NCBI GenBank assembly: GCA_033764015.1
Contig: JANRJK010000019.1
Coordinates: 32,001 to 96,000 of the forward strand
From: Candidatus Sumerlaeia bacterium
Lineage (GTDB): Bacteria; Sumerlaeota; Sumerlaeia; SLMS01; JANRJK01
Reading direction: 5' to 3'
Length of the DNA: 64,000 nt
Positions 40,501-48,636 of this stretch are shown in pieces. Numbering within the stretch: position 1 is the first letter of the stretch; every line of letters begins with the position of its first letter. Position numbers and translations under genes: made by a program. The notes beneath the pieces are model-generated. The model searched no databases. It worked only from the letters and a program-made list of their open reading frames with translations, and was not told the origin of the DNA.

Positions 40501-42924
40501 GCCGCCGGCGGCACCAGCAGCTACCCGAACGGCATTTCGGGCACGCTGCCCGACCGCCAGTGGGACATCGCGGTCGCCACCTACGACGCCACGAACTCCG
40601 CCATCATCCGCTCCAACGGAACCACGATCGCCAACGCGCACCTCGGCTCCTACTGGCGCTCGGACCTCGACTCGGTCGAGTTCGGCGTCAAGAAGAGCGC
40701 CCTCACCACCGCCGGCTGGGACGGCACCTCGCCGGTCTGGTTCTGGGTGTTCACCGGAAAAGACCTCACGACCACCAAGCGGGACGAGATCGGCGGCTGG
40801 ATGTCCTCCGCCAACACGAACCCGGGCCGCGGCAAGTTCGCCATCGTCGCCCACGGCAACCAGTCGCTCAACCGCGGCGACTCGATGCGCGACCGCATCT
40901 ACAAGCCCGCCGCGCAGACCGGCACCGGGGCACCCTCCGGATTCCGCCTCACACTCGACACGCACACGATCTATAACATCCCGCTGAACGTCCACATGAG
41001 CGGCACGCTCATCTCGGCGATCGGCTGGATCAAAGACGCCGACCCCAAGTGGGACGGCCAGAACTTCCTGAACATCGTCGGCGACATCGTCGACGCCAAC
41101 CAGGTCACGCACCCCGGCGCGAAGGTCGGCGGCGTGTGGTCCGAGCACATCATGCCCTACTTCAACGGGCCCATCAACGCCGCCTCGATCACGCACTTCG
41201 ACGAACTCACCGAGGCCGTCTGGGGCATCACCGGCGACGAGATGGACGTGATGCACATCCCGGAGCGCGTCACCAACAGCAAGGCCTCGCCGGCCCGCGA
41301 CCCCTTCGACGACATCGTGGACTCCGAGTACCGCGCCACGTACATCGACGAGGTCGCCCACATCCGCAACTGGCTCTACCCCTCGGACCCGTGGACCGGA
41401 ATCGGCGGCGCCTACGGCGAAGCCCGCCAGCACAAGATCCACCTGATCAACGGCGTGTACACGTTCCAGATCAACGACAACGAGGACCAGTACAAGTTCT
41501 GGCCGCAGGACGGCGGCGCGAACATGAACTGGCGCCTCAACCTGCTCTACAAGGCGCTCGACACCGACCAGGCCCAGGTCACGCTCATCTTCGACGACTG
41601 GGAGGCCATGGCCGGCTACTCCTTCGGCAGCGGCTACAACGACAACGCGCTCAACTACAACACCGTGATGCGCTGGGTCGCCAACAAGCCGTGGATCGAG
41701 GTGGTGACGCTGAAGGAAGTCCTCGACCGCGCCACCAACGCCGCCAACCCGCAGTACAACGCGGGCTGGGTGGTCAACCAGGGCGACATCGGCAACAAGC
41801 CGTTCGACACCTACGACTACCTCCACCACGCGACGCAGGATTCCTACGACAACTGGTACTGGGGCCAGACCGGCCTCGAGGAGAGCTTCCGCAACGCGGT
41901 CCCGACCGTCTCGGGCAACGTGGGCAGCGGCACCGCGATGCCCAGCGGCAAGGTCTTCGGCGACATCGCAACGCCCGGCACGATCATCTACGACACCTGG
42001 GCAACCGTCTCCGCGGCGCCGCAGAACAACCTGCGCCGCCTCGCGGAAATCGCTTACGCCTCGATGATCTACGAAACCGCCTGGCACGACGAGGATAACA
42101 CCAACTACGACCGCAACCCGGGGACGAACTACAAGACGTGGCTCTTCCCCGACACGACCTACGACCGCGTCTCGGGCTGGCTCTTCACCCTGGCCAACCA
42201 CCTGCGCACCGTCTCCGCGACCACCGCCGCGGCCAACTGGTCGAACTCGATCAAGACCGGCACCCGCCCCGCGGGCGTCACCGTCAGCTCCACCGACATC
42301 GACCAGGACGGCCAGAACGAATTCGTGCTCGCCAACGAGCGCGTCTGGCTCGCCTTCGAAGCCCGCGGCGGACGCTGCACCCAGGCCTACTTCTACGACC
42401 CGGTCCTCCAGGACTCCTTCTCCTTCCTCGGCACCTCGCCCATCAACAACCCCACGGGCCAGGGCGAGGAGGAGGGCATCGCGAACGCGAGCCGCTGCTC
42501 CGCCTTCAAGGACACCGCCGGCGGCACCTACGCCGACGCCATCTACAACGCCTCCACCGGCGCCTCCTCGATCACGTTCACGTCCCCGAACGGACTCATC
42601 TCCAAGACGATCTCGCTCACCGGCGGCTCCAACACGGTCAGCGTCGCCTACACCAACAACACCGGCGCCGACCTCTACGTCCGCATGGGTGTCTCGGTGA
42701 ACAACCTCGACCTCCTCAAGTTCGGCCAGAACTTCGTATCGAGCTACTCCGCGACGACCTTCTCCCAGACGAACAGCACCGAGGGCGCGGTCACGATCCA
42801 AGCGGTCACGAACAGCGGCATCAGCCAGCTCGACGCCTTCACCCGCTTCGTCATCCCGCTCACCGAGCAGATGGAAGTGCGCGTCGGCACCGGATCGAGC
42901 ACCTTCACGGTGACGCCGAACTGA
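34600..42924 (+). CDS. Giant secreted modular alpha-glucan hydrolase: GH119/GH57-like domain, 3 CBM25-like modules, PKD, 4 BACON-like domains, dockerin-like motif, DOMON-like domain(s), second GH57-like domain (~2774 aa)
   Basis: AAGGAGG SD before GTG 34600; signal peptide; HWHQHQP, GFFPTEL, HDGDN; WDNN-x3-DW/NW modules; PKD WEWDFDNNG; C-terminal AHGNQ, HIPERV, DDWE. Confidence 0.85.
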   Translation: MNFDHRRPPGRVSGLSALAIALAALGVLTAPVAAPAQGQVNRAPKVTWHWHQHQPIYWNDKTRSSADDRYETAWESIQQKDGGNAHPSNNLREIFGKDDRVAAYQWRMRDSLGSIGSHLNSGVTVTYSGALMENIKSLGNANQLGYSGGWKNPILEAINWRTTGGARRMDITNFTHHHSLTGLQDPVTIAMEIRLNQEMQMQTLGLSMNDLSDGFFPTELTFSTRLIPTLLDAGIEWTYVSGEKIARAMPDFPLVLGSGGVMCAPPNRADKLNPPGVNFLRYSIDRGCSPVNANPASYQPAYVQWVDPNSPLGNPTVRKMVAVPIDQAWSWNDGYRCIGSSFLDDINSRNNTNQPSLVVLGHDGDNAFGGGFSYYLECVPNLANDARNKGYEVTVVEQYLSQFPPSTSNVIHVEDGGWVNADSDFGSPTFINWNYPLLSSTGQVDPVNGWHEKIRDMAIFTATLNRVLTAQQITGHTPNFAKILNPDGSTAAVDKAWHYFLGSLDSGNVYFGPAEDLEVKATLGCNEANQRIDSILSNLSNDLTPPSILLPQRFPYNPGGENYGVEFGYRRVVDDGDFHIYTFAADASGVASSTLKYRIDTDGANPLTSHVNELYADGSSTGEVGAWQSLAMTKRVFPKGLPAGYTNGAINFFELPTHIADHFSVPVNGLRDVLIDYYVESVDTRGNVSRSPIQHVYIGDGSGSGGGDTTVTIAPNPPVRGESATITYNATGRPLDAAANVYIHRGQNGWQNVVTPDPQMVPTGTPKQFTHTFTVPDTATVVNAVFNNGTGTWDNNSGQDWAFNTIEGSDNPPTAAFGASPTNGVAPLAVQFTDASTNSPTAWEWDFDNNGTVDSTEQNPQFTYTTAGFKTVKLVASNTFGSDEEVKTNFINVGAPPTDPSISLNKAQITASSIVGSDATADSFTVRNSGVGTLNYTVATSTAGRRGLNPTPAQIARMVLGLDPADMAADLNNDGVVDMADAIYDGPAPSWLIATPTSGSSTGEEDTIAVQFDSDALAPGTYNGTITVAGNAPNSPRTIAVTLNVAENIPATTTVVPNPPIAGQGARVWYQQAGGPLASFGAINLHWGINGGLAAGGTWQGVTTTPMTKSGTTTMWYADITIPANATSLNFVTNNAGTTWDNNAGADWNFAVTGGAPGIVLSTTTLTATAVQGSSPSSQSFTVRNSGGGTLSYTLTKASTGSGTDWFAVAPGSGTSTGEADTVTVTYNTTALAQGSYSARIDVAGNAANSPQSVDVNLTITASIPNTTTVVPNPPNAGEAARVWYQQAGGPLAAFSAINLHWGINGGPTGGSAWSNVTSTPMTKSGSTTMWFADITIPANATSLNFVTNNAGTTWDNNSNNNWNFAVNSGDAAIELSTSSITATAAEGATPSTQTFTVRNAGEGVLNWSASFTPDPLRAARGTGGGTRKTIAIDGVNTAGEWTDNEIVASDPAFDNANVSGGNWSTHETQFDYTQLYSAWDDQFLYVAFQIADVIDVEDPANAGSSQGTRPHQMNLIQYIAIDTKDGGYGSDPATGDMWGKGHGFLGDNRPDYQVYFASNFWQGPFLCPYDNGWDPDNDTTGPSPTGLRGASANHWAGGDIIGPGGKDYVATTSHNEGRSSFFEVRIPLALIGSPDLDTDGIGIWVSHGEGDLFSGVDSIPNDPATTNTPGVSQSNSPNEWEDFDNYSEPFAAVGNGGINGGGGSWLTLTPTAGTSTGETDSVTVSFDTTGLLAGSYAGTVTVTGNAPNSPRTIPVTLTITGGGTPNPQTQLSTSSVNASAQQGATPANSTFTVRNSGTGTLNYTLTKQNTGDGVAWFTVSPTSGTSTGEADTITVSYNTTGLAPDTYAAAVEVAGGNSGPQMLSVFLTVTSAPTQPTIVIGPGPSLGTNVEGTSYNQEFQDWTAADVRGLDTNDAAALGDGYDGSRDISAFYSRFQGDNLMLRVDLLELGIFAENGNVDVYVLIDCAAGGTSSYPNGISGTLPDRQWDIAVATYDATNSAIIRSNGTTIANAHLGSYWRSDLDSVEFGVKKSALTTAGWDGTSPVWFWVFTGKDLTTTKRDEIGGWMSSANTNPGRGKFAIVAHGNQSLNRGDSMRDRIYKPAAQTGTGAPSGFRLTLDTHTIYNIPLNVHMSGTLISAIGWIKDADPKWDGQNFLNIVGDIVDANQVTHPGAKVGGVWSEHIMPYFNGPINAASITHFDELTEAVWGITGDEMDVMHIPERVTNSKASPARDPFDDIVDSEYRATYIDEVAHIRNWLYPSDPWTGIGGAYGEARQHKIHLINGVYTFQINDNEDQYKFWPQDGGANMNWRLNLLYKALDTDQAQVTLIFDDWEAMAGYSFGSGYNDNALNYNTVMRWVANKPWIEVVTLKEVLDRATNAANPQYNAGWVVNQGDIGNKPFDTYDYLHHATQDSYDNWYWGQTGLEESFRNAVPTVSGNVGSGTAMPSGKVFGDIATPGTIIYDTWATVSAAPQNNLRRLAEIAYASMIYETAWHDEDNTNYDRNPGTNYKTWLFPDTTYDRVSGWLFTLANHLRTVSATTAAANWSNSIKTGTRPAGVTVSSTDIDQDGQNEFVLANERVWLAFEARGGRCTQAYFYDPVLQDSFSFLGTSPINNPTGQGEEEGIANASRCSAFKDTAGGTYADAIYNASTGASSITFTSPNGLISKTISLTGGSNTVSVAYTNNTGADLYVRMGVSVNNLDLLKFGQNFVSSYSATTFSQTNSTEGAVTIQAVTNSGISQLDAFTRFVIPLTEQMEVRVGTGSSTFTVTPN
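37759..38697 (+). repeat. Intragenic direct repeat: ~294-bp units at 37759-38052 and 38404-38697 encoding duplicated CBM25-like modules
   Basis: Near-identical DNA and protein (VVPNPP...RVWYQQAGGPLA...LHWGING...TSLNFVTNNAGTTWDNN), offset 645 bp. Confidence 0.9.
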
Positions 42925-42950
42925 CCGGCGACCACCCGCACGAAGCATCC

Positions 42951-42990
42951 ACCGCCGGGGGCCGAAAGGCTCCCGGCGGTTCCGCTTTCC
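42951..42990 (+). terminator. Hairpin after the glycosidase gene
   Basis: ACCGCCGGGGGCC-GAAA-GGCTCCCGGCGGT followed by a weak pyrimidine tract. Confidence 0.6.
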
Positions 42991-43004
42991 GCCCGGGAGC
43001 GCGC

Positions 43005-43610
43005 AGCAACCCCTTCGCGGTCCAGCGGCTCGGTCCCGCCGGGACCCCCTACTTGGCGCCGTCCGGGTACATCGGAGGGATCGCGGCGCGCCTCCGCGCC
43101 CCGCACGCGGCCCTCGAACTCACCGGCCCGCACGGGGTCGGCAAGAGCACACTCATGCGGGCGGTGCTCGCGGCCGCGGACCGGCCGGCGACGCTGCTGC
43201 GGGCCAACACGGAGCGCAGGGTCCGCGGCCTCCCCGGTGCGCTGCGCCTTCCATACGGCGGCATCCTCGCCATCGACGGCGCCGAGGTGGTGCCGCGCCC
43301 CGTGCTGGCGGCGCTAGACGGCTGGCGCCGCCTCCGCGCCGCCGCGCTCCTCCTCACGACCCATGCACCGCTCGGGCTCGGCGAGACGGTTCCCGTCCGC
43401 GCGGAGGCCGAACGGCTCGCGGGACTCTGCGCCTCGCTGCTCGATGCCGCGCCGGGAGACTTGCCGGAGCGAGCACTCGCGCTGCTCCTCGACGCCTCCG
43501 GCGGGGACATGCGCGAGGCGCTCTTCCGGCTTTACGACTTGTGGGAGGATCTGCCGGAGCCCTCGGCCCCGGCGCTCGCCGCGGAACTCTCCCGGCGTTT
43601 CAGTTCTTGA
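43005..43610 (+). CDS. Small P-loop (AAA+/Hda-like) ATPase; start codon uncertain, possibly degenerate
   Basis: SNPF...GPHGVGKSTL (Walker A), LAIDGAE (Walker B), GDMREALFRLYD; first near-canonical start is TTG 43053. Confidence 0.55.
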   Translation, partial: SNPFAVQRLGPAGTPYLAPSGYIGGIAARLRAPHAALELTGPHGVGKSTLMRAVLAAADRPATLLRANTERRVRGLPGALRLPYGGILAIDGAEVVPRPVLAALDGWRRLRAAALLLTTHAPLGLGETVPVRAEAERLAGLCASLLDAAPGDLPERALALLLDASGGDMREALFRLYDLWEDLPEPSAPALAAELSRRFSS

Positions 43611-44250
43611 TGAACACCCGCTGCTGCACGTGGTCGCGGAGCTGCACTTCGTCCACGAGCGTCTGCGCCAAATCCCCTTCCCGCACCGAGGAGAGCAGGC
43701 CGACCGTCACTTCGGGCCCCACCGAGACGCGTCCCTTGGGAGCGCCTTTCGCCAGCGCGTAGGGCTTCACGATGGTCCATTCCAAGCCCGAGCGCGCGAT
43801 GACTTCTTCCAGGCGGCAGCGGTCGTCGAACGCCTCCGAAGCACCGTCCTGGAGGGCGAGCTGCTGGCGGCGGGCGAAGAAGCCCAGGTTGTCGGACTTG
43901 CCGACCAGCGCATGGCTCACGGCGACAAGCCGCCGCACGCCGCACTTGCGCATCGCCTCGATGACCGCGGAGGCGGCGGCGGCGCACTCCTTCCCTTGCA
44001 GCGGCGCCTCGTACCCGAGGAGCAGCACCACCGCCACATTGCCGCGGACCGCCTTCTCCGCGACCGCCGCATTGGCGATGGCGCCCTCCACCACACGGAC
44101 GCGGTCCTCGTCGAGGTCCTGAAGCACGAAGGGCTCGCGCGAATGCGCCGTGACGCGGAAGCCGAACGCGAGCGCCCGGCGGACCGTTTCCCGCCCCGCC
44201 GCGCTGGTGGCGCCGATCACCGCGATGTGCTCCAAAGCCCGCTCCTCCAA
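43600..44250 (-). CDS. NAD(P)H-binding oxidoreductase (flavin reductase/BVR-B-like atypical SDR)
   Basis: IAVIGATSAAG, GVRRLVAVS, SGLEWTIVKP, VREGDLA. Confidence 0.8.
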   Translation of the reverse strand: MEERALEHIAVIGATSAAGRETVRRALAFGFRVTAHSREPFVLQDLDEDRVRVVEGAIANAAVAEKAVRGNVAVVLLLGYEAPLQGKECAAAASAVIEAMRKCGVRRLVAVSHALVGKSDNLGFFARRQQLALQDGASEAFDDRCRLEEVIARSGLEWTIVKPYALAKGAPKGRVSVGPEVTVGLLSSVREGDLAQTLVDEVQLRDHVQQRVFIKN

Positions 44251-44569
44251 TCCTTCCGCCCCAGCATTGAAGCGGTTGCCCCTCGGGAAGTGTCAACGGG
44301 CGCGCGCGAGGCGCGGCGCGCTGTGTTGCCGGGCAGCGAAGTCGGACAAATAAACGGCTTCACCGCCGGGCACATCTGTGGCTTTTTTCACAAGCACGCG
44401 TCAATACGGCGCACGGCGATGATTGAGACCATAATTATACAAGCAGTTCGTCATTGCCTCGCCGCCTTGTCCGCGTTCCATTTGCCCCCGCGTGGCCGGA
44501 AGGCCCCGCGATCCGCTAGGGGTTACGCCAACTGTCATGGGCCACCAGCCAACGGCAACATCCAAAGCC

Positions 44570-45277
44570 ATGGACCAGAACGTCCGGTACTTCCTGCTCC
44601 GGCGCCTCCATTCGCTCCTCGGTATCTTCCCGCTGGGCATCTTCCTGTTCGGCCACCTGGTGACCAACGGGCAGGCGATCATGGGGGCCGAGGCCTTCGA
44701 GCACAAGGTCGCGCTGATCCACTCCCTCGGGCCGGCGCTGCCGATCGTCGAGGCCGTCATGATCTTCATCCCGCTCGCCCTGCACATCGCGCTGGGCATT
44801 GTGATCGCCCTCACCGGCAAGAGCAACGCGGGCACGCTCAAGTACGGGCGCAACATCGCCTACACGCTTCAGCGGCTCTCGGGCTGGGCGGCGCTCGCCT
44901 TCATCCTCTACCACGTGGTCACGCTCCGCTTCCTGCACGACATGGACGCGGTGCCGTTCAGCGCGCACTTGGCGCAGCTCTTCAAGAACCCGCTCTGGGT
45001 AGCGGTGTACTTCCTCGGCTCGCTCTCCGTGGTGTACCACTTCGCGAACGGCATCTGCACCTTCTGCATGACGTGGGGCCTGACGGTGGGCCGGACCAGC
45101 CAGCTCTGGATGGCGCGCGCCGCGGTCGGCGTCGGCGCGGCGCTGATGCTCCTCGCGACCTCCTCGCTGATCGGCTTCATCAAGATGGATCCCGCCGAGG
45201 CGCAGCGCATCGGCGAGGAGATCCATGGCAAGCATGGCGCGGTGCAGGTCGAAACCGCCGCCGCGGCGACCAAGTGA
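44570..45277 (+). CDS. sdhC: Succinate dehydrogenase cytochrome b558 subunit
   Basis: RRLHSLLGIFP, LQRLSG, HFANG; five TMs with heme His residues (Bacillus type). Confidence 0.95.
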   Translation: MDQNVRYFLLRRLHSLLGIFPLGIFLFGHLVTNGQAIMGAEAFEHKVALIHSLGPALPIVEAVMIFIPLALHIALGIVIALTGKSNAGTLKYGRNIAYTLQRLSGWAALAFILYHVVTLRFLHDMDAVPFSAHLAQLFKNPLWVAVYFLGSLSVVYHFANGICTFCMTWGLTVGRTSQLWMARAAVGVGAALMLLATSSLIGFIKMDPAEAQRIGEEIHGKHGAVQVETAAAATK

Positions 45278-45319
45278 CCTTCCACCCCAACCACCCGCAC
45301 CCCAGGAGCGTTTAGTCCC

Positions 45320-47287
45320 ATGTCGAAGCGAATCATCGTCGTCGGCGGCGGCCTCGCGGGCCTTTCCGCAGCGATCAAGGCGGCGGAGCGCGGCTACTCC
45401 GTGGACCTCTTCTCGATGGTCCCCGTGAAGCGCTCCCACTCGGTCTGCGCGCAGGGCGGCATCAACGGCGCCAAGAACCTCAAGGGCGAGGGCGACCACC
45501 CCGACATCCACACGTCCGACACGCTGTTCGGCGGCGAATACCTCGCCGACCAGCCGCTGGTCGCCGGCATGTGCGCCAACGCTCCCCGCATCATCGACCT
45601 CCTCGACCGCATGGGCGTGCCCTTCAACCGCACGCCGGAGGGCAACATCGACTTCCGCCGCTTCGGCGGCACGCTGCACCACCGCACCGCATTCTCCGGC
45701 GCCACCACCGGCCAGCAGCTCATGTACGCGCTCGACGAGCAGGTGCGCCGCTACGAGGCGCAGGGCCTCGTCGAGAAGTACGAGTACTGGGAGTTCCTCT
45801 CGCTCGTCCTCGACGACAACGGCGCGACCCGCGGCATCACCGCGATGAACATCTGGGACCGCAAGACCGAGGTGTTCCGCGGCAACGCCGTGATCCTCGC
45901 GACCGGCGGCCCGGGCATCGTCTTCGGCAAGTCCACCAACTCCGTCATCAACACCGGCGCCGCCGCCAGCCGCGCCTACCAGCAGGGCGTCTGGTACGCG
46001 AACGGAGAATTCATCCAGGTCCACCCGACCTCGATCCCCGGCAAGGACAAGCTACGCCTCATCTCCGAATCGGTCCGCGGCGAAGGCGGGCGCGTGTGGG
46101 TTCCCAAGGACCGCACCGATGCGCGCGCCGCGCAGGACATCCCCGACTCCGACCGCGACTACTTCCTCGAGCGCAAGTACCCGAAGTACGGCAATCTGGT
46201 GCCCCGCGACGTCGCGACCCGCGAGATCTTCCACATGGTGACCGTCGAGAAGCGCGGCGTGGACGGCATGAAGGCCGTCTACCTCGACATCACGCCCGCC
46301 CGCTCCGGCCAGAGCGCCGAAGCGCTCGAGCGCAAGCTCGGCGGCGTGCTCGAAATCTACCGCAAGTTCGTCGGCGACGATCCCATCCAAGTGCCCATGA
46401 AGATCTTCCCGGGCATGCACTATTCGATGGGCGGCCTCTGGGTCGGCTATTCCGACAGCGACGGCATGGTGTCGCAGATGACCAACGTGCCCGGCACCTT
46501 CGCCGCGGGCGAGGTGGACTTCCAGTACCACGGGGCGAACCGCCTCGGCGCCAACTCGCTGCTCTCATGCATCTACGGCGGCGACCTCGCCGGCGAGCGC
46601 GCCGTCGAATACTGCACCGCGGTCAAGTCCGAGGCGCCCGACGCGGTCTTCACGCGCGAACTGAACCGCCAGAACGAGATCGCCGCGGGCCTCCTCAAGG
46701 GCTCCGGCCCCGAGAACCCCTTCACGATCGGCGAGGAACTCGGCGACCTCATGACCGAGCGCTGCACTGTGGTCCGCGAGAACAAGGCGCTCGACGAACT
46801 GCTCGAGAAGCTCGACGAACTCGAAGAGCGCACGCACCGCATGACGGTCGCGGACGACAAGCACAGCGTGAACCAAGCCTACGGGCAGGCGCGCTCGATC
46901 CGCGACATGATTGTCCTCGCCCGCGCCATGGCCAAGGGCGCGCGGCTGCGCGACGAATGCCGCGGCGCCCACTACAAGCCCGAGTTCGAGCTGCACAAGC
47001 CCGAGGCCGACAAGCTCGGCGACCCCGCGGAGCACGCCGGATACCGCGGCTTCATCGGCGGCCTGAAGGACAAGTGGGGCGGCAAGTTCGACGTCCCGAA
47101 GGCCAAGGGCAAGACCCTCAGCCCCGAGTTCAACGCGTACATGGACAAGTGGGTCGAGCAGCAGCAGAACTGGCACAAGAGCACCATCGCAGAGTACAAG
47201 GCCGGAAACGGCGTCTCCGGCGCCGACGTCACCTTCAAGCCCGTCGCCGTCTCGTTCGAGCCGCCCCGCCCGCGCATCTACAAGTAA
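45320..47287 (+). CDS. sdhA: Succinate dehydrogenase flavoprotein
   Basis: VGGGLAG, RSHSVCAQGGIN, QVHPT, HYSMGG, HGANRLGANSLL. Confidence 0.98.
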   Translation: MSKRIIVVGGGLAGLSAAIKAAERGYSVDLFSMVPVKRSHSVCAQGGINGAKNLKGEGDHPDIHTSDTLFGGEYLADQPLVAGMCANAPRIIDLLDRMGVPFNRTPEGNIDFRRFGGTLHHRTAFSGATTGQQLMYALDEQVRRYEAQGLVEKYEYWEFLSLVLDDNGATRGITAMNIWDRKTEVFRGNAVILATGGPGIVFGKSTNSVINTGAAASRAYQQGVWYANGEFIQVHPTSIPGKDKLRLISESVRGEGGRVWVPKDRTDARAAQDIPDSDRDYFLERKYPKYGNLVPRDVATREIFHMVTVEKRGVDGMKAVYLDITPARSGQSAEALERKLGGVLEIYRKFVGDDPIQVPMKIFPGMHYSMGGLWVGYSDSDGMVSQMTNVPGTFAAGEVDFQYHGANRLGANSLLSCIYGGDLAGERAVEYCTAVKSEAPDAVFTRELNRQNEIAAGLLKGSGPENPFTIGEELGDLMTERCTVVRENKALDELLEKLDELEERTHRMTVADDKHSVNQAYGQARSIRDMIVLARAMAKGARLRDECRGAHYKPEFELHKPEADKLGDPAEHAGYRGFIGGLKDKWGGKFDVPKAKGKTLSPEFNAYMDKWVEQQQNWHKSTIAEYKAGNGVSGADVTFKPVAVSFEPPRPRIYK

Positions 47288-47332
47288 CCGCCGAAACCGA
47301 CCACCCCACGACCTTCGGAGACAACGCCCGCC

Positions 47333-48079
47333 ATGCCCGAGACTATCGAACTCCGGATCAAGCGCCAGAGCGAGCCCGGCGCCGAGCCGTACTGGGAGAC
47401 GTTCCGGATCCCCTACAAGGCCAATATGAACGTGATCTCCTGCCTGATGGAGATCCGCCAGAAGCCCGCCACCGCCGAAGGCAAGGCGACCGCGCCCGTT
47501 TCCTACGACGCCGCCTGCCTCGAGGAGGTCTGCGGCTCCTGCTCCATGCGGATCAACGGCGTGCCGCGCCAAGCGTGCTCCGCACTCGTGGACGAACTCG
47601 AGCAGCCCATCGTGCTCGAGCCGTTCAGCAAGTTCCCCGTGATGCGCGACCTGCTGGTGGACCGCAGCCGCATGTTCGAGGCGCTCAAGCGCGTCCGCGC
47701 GTGGGTGCCGCTGGACGGCACCTACGACCTCGGCGCCGGCCCGCACCAGAGCCCGCAAGTGCAGGAGGAGATCTACCCCTACTCGCGCTGCATGACGTGC
47801 GGCTGCTGCCTCGAAGCCTGCCCGCAGGTGAACGAGAACAGCTCCTTCATCGGCGCCGCAGCCATCGGCCAGGCGTACCGCTTCAACACGCAGCCCGGCA
47901 GCGATTCGCTTTACGAGGAGCGCATGCAGGCCCTCATGGGTCCCGGCGGCGTGGGCGACTGCGGCAACGCCCAGAACTGCGTCCGCGTCTGCCCGAAGGA
48001 GATCCCCCTCACCGACGCCATCGCCGAAATGGGGCGCGAACTTACTGTTTACGCCGTGAAGAGTTTCTTCAAGGCTTGA
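47333..48079 (+). CDS. sdhB: Succinate dehydrogenase iron-sulfur subunit
   Basis: CLEEVCGSC, CMTCGCCLEACP, CGNAQNCVRVCP. Confidence 0.98.
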   Translation: MPETIELRIKRQSEPGAEPYWETFRIPYKANMNVISCLMEIRQKPATAEGKATAPVSYDAACLEEVCGSCSMRINGVPRQACSALVDELEQPIVLEPFSKFPVMRDLLVDRSRMFEALKRVRAWVPLDGTYDLGAGPHQSPQVQEEIYPYSRCMTCGCCLEACPQVNENSSFIGAAAIGQAYRFNTQPGSDSLYEERMQALMGPGGVGDCGNAQNCVRVCPKEIPLTDAIAEMGRELTVYAVKSFFKA

Positions 48080-48119
48080 ACGCGTAGCGCACGAACCCCC
48101 TCCCCGGAGCCGCGCAGCC

Positions 48120-48407
48120 ATGATCAAGGTGGACATCGTACGCGCCGTCGCCGACCAGCTCCACTTGAAGGACAAGGAGGCGCTGCAGGTCGTGGACGCC
48201 ACGATCGAATGCCTCAAGGAAGTCATCGCCGAGGACGGGCGCCTCGAGGTGCGCAACTTCGGCGTCTTCCAAGTCAAGACCCGCAAGGCGCGGGTCGGCC
48301 GCAACCCGCGCAACAAGGTGGCCTACCCCATCAACGAGCACAAGGCGGTCACCTTCAAGGCGGGCAAAGGCATCAAGGATGTCCGAGAGTCCACCCCGCT
48401 CGACTAG
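48120..48407 (+). CDS. HU/IHF family DNA-binding protein
   Basis: LEVRNFGVF, RKARVGRNPR, VTFKAGK. Confidence 0.95.
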   Translation: MIKVDIVRAVADQLHLKDKEALQVVDATIECLKEVIAEDGRLEVRNFGVFQVKTRKARVGRNPRNKVAYPINEHKAVTFKAGKGIKDVRESTPLD

Positions 48408-48636
48408 CGCTTCCGCCTACCGAAAGCTCCCACCGCCGCCCCTGGTCCGCCGGGGGCGGCGCTGCTTTCAACCCATCCGATTCTCGACTTGCCGTTATCT
48501 GCACCGGCGTGCAATTCACTGGAATCATTGGAATTTGAGCCCTGTATAGGGCCGGTCGGCATTCCTTGCGGTATCGCAAGGGGAGAGCCACGCCTTGCAG
48601 CGCACCCATTCACGTGGAGACTTGATTCCCCCCCGC

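Noticed and set aside
36562..42948. 2128-aa minus-strand ORF, and similar long ORFs such as 2239-5370, 13182-16076, 28795-31158, 45571-48087 and 58293-60368
   Set aside because: Antisense or alternative-frame shadows of well-supported genes; Arg/Gly/Ala-rich, motif-free and expected at high GC
48564..48581. Inverted repeat CCTTGCG-GTAT-CGCAAGG upstream of the second kinase
   Set aside because: Single short palindrome with no second copy or recognisable regulator
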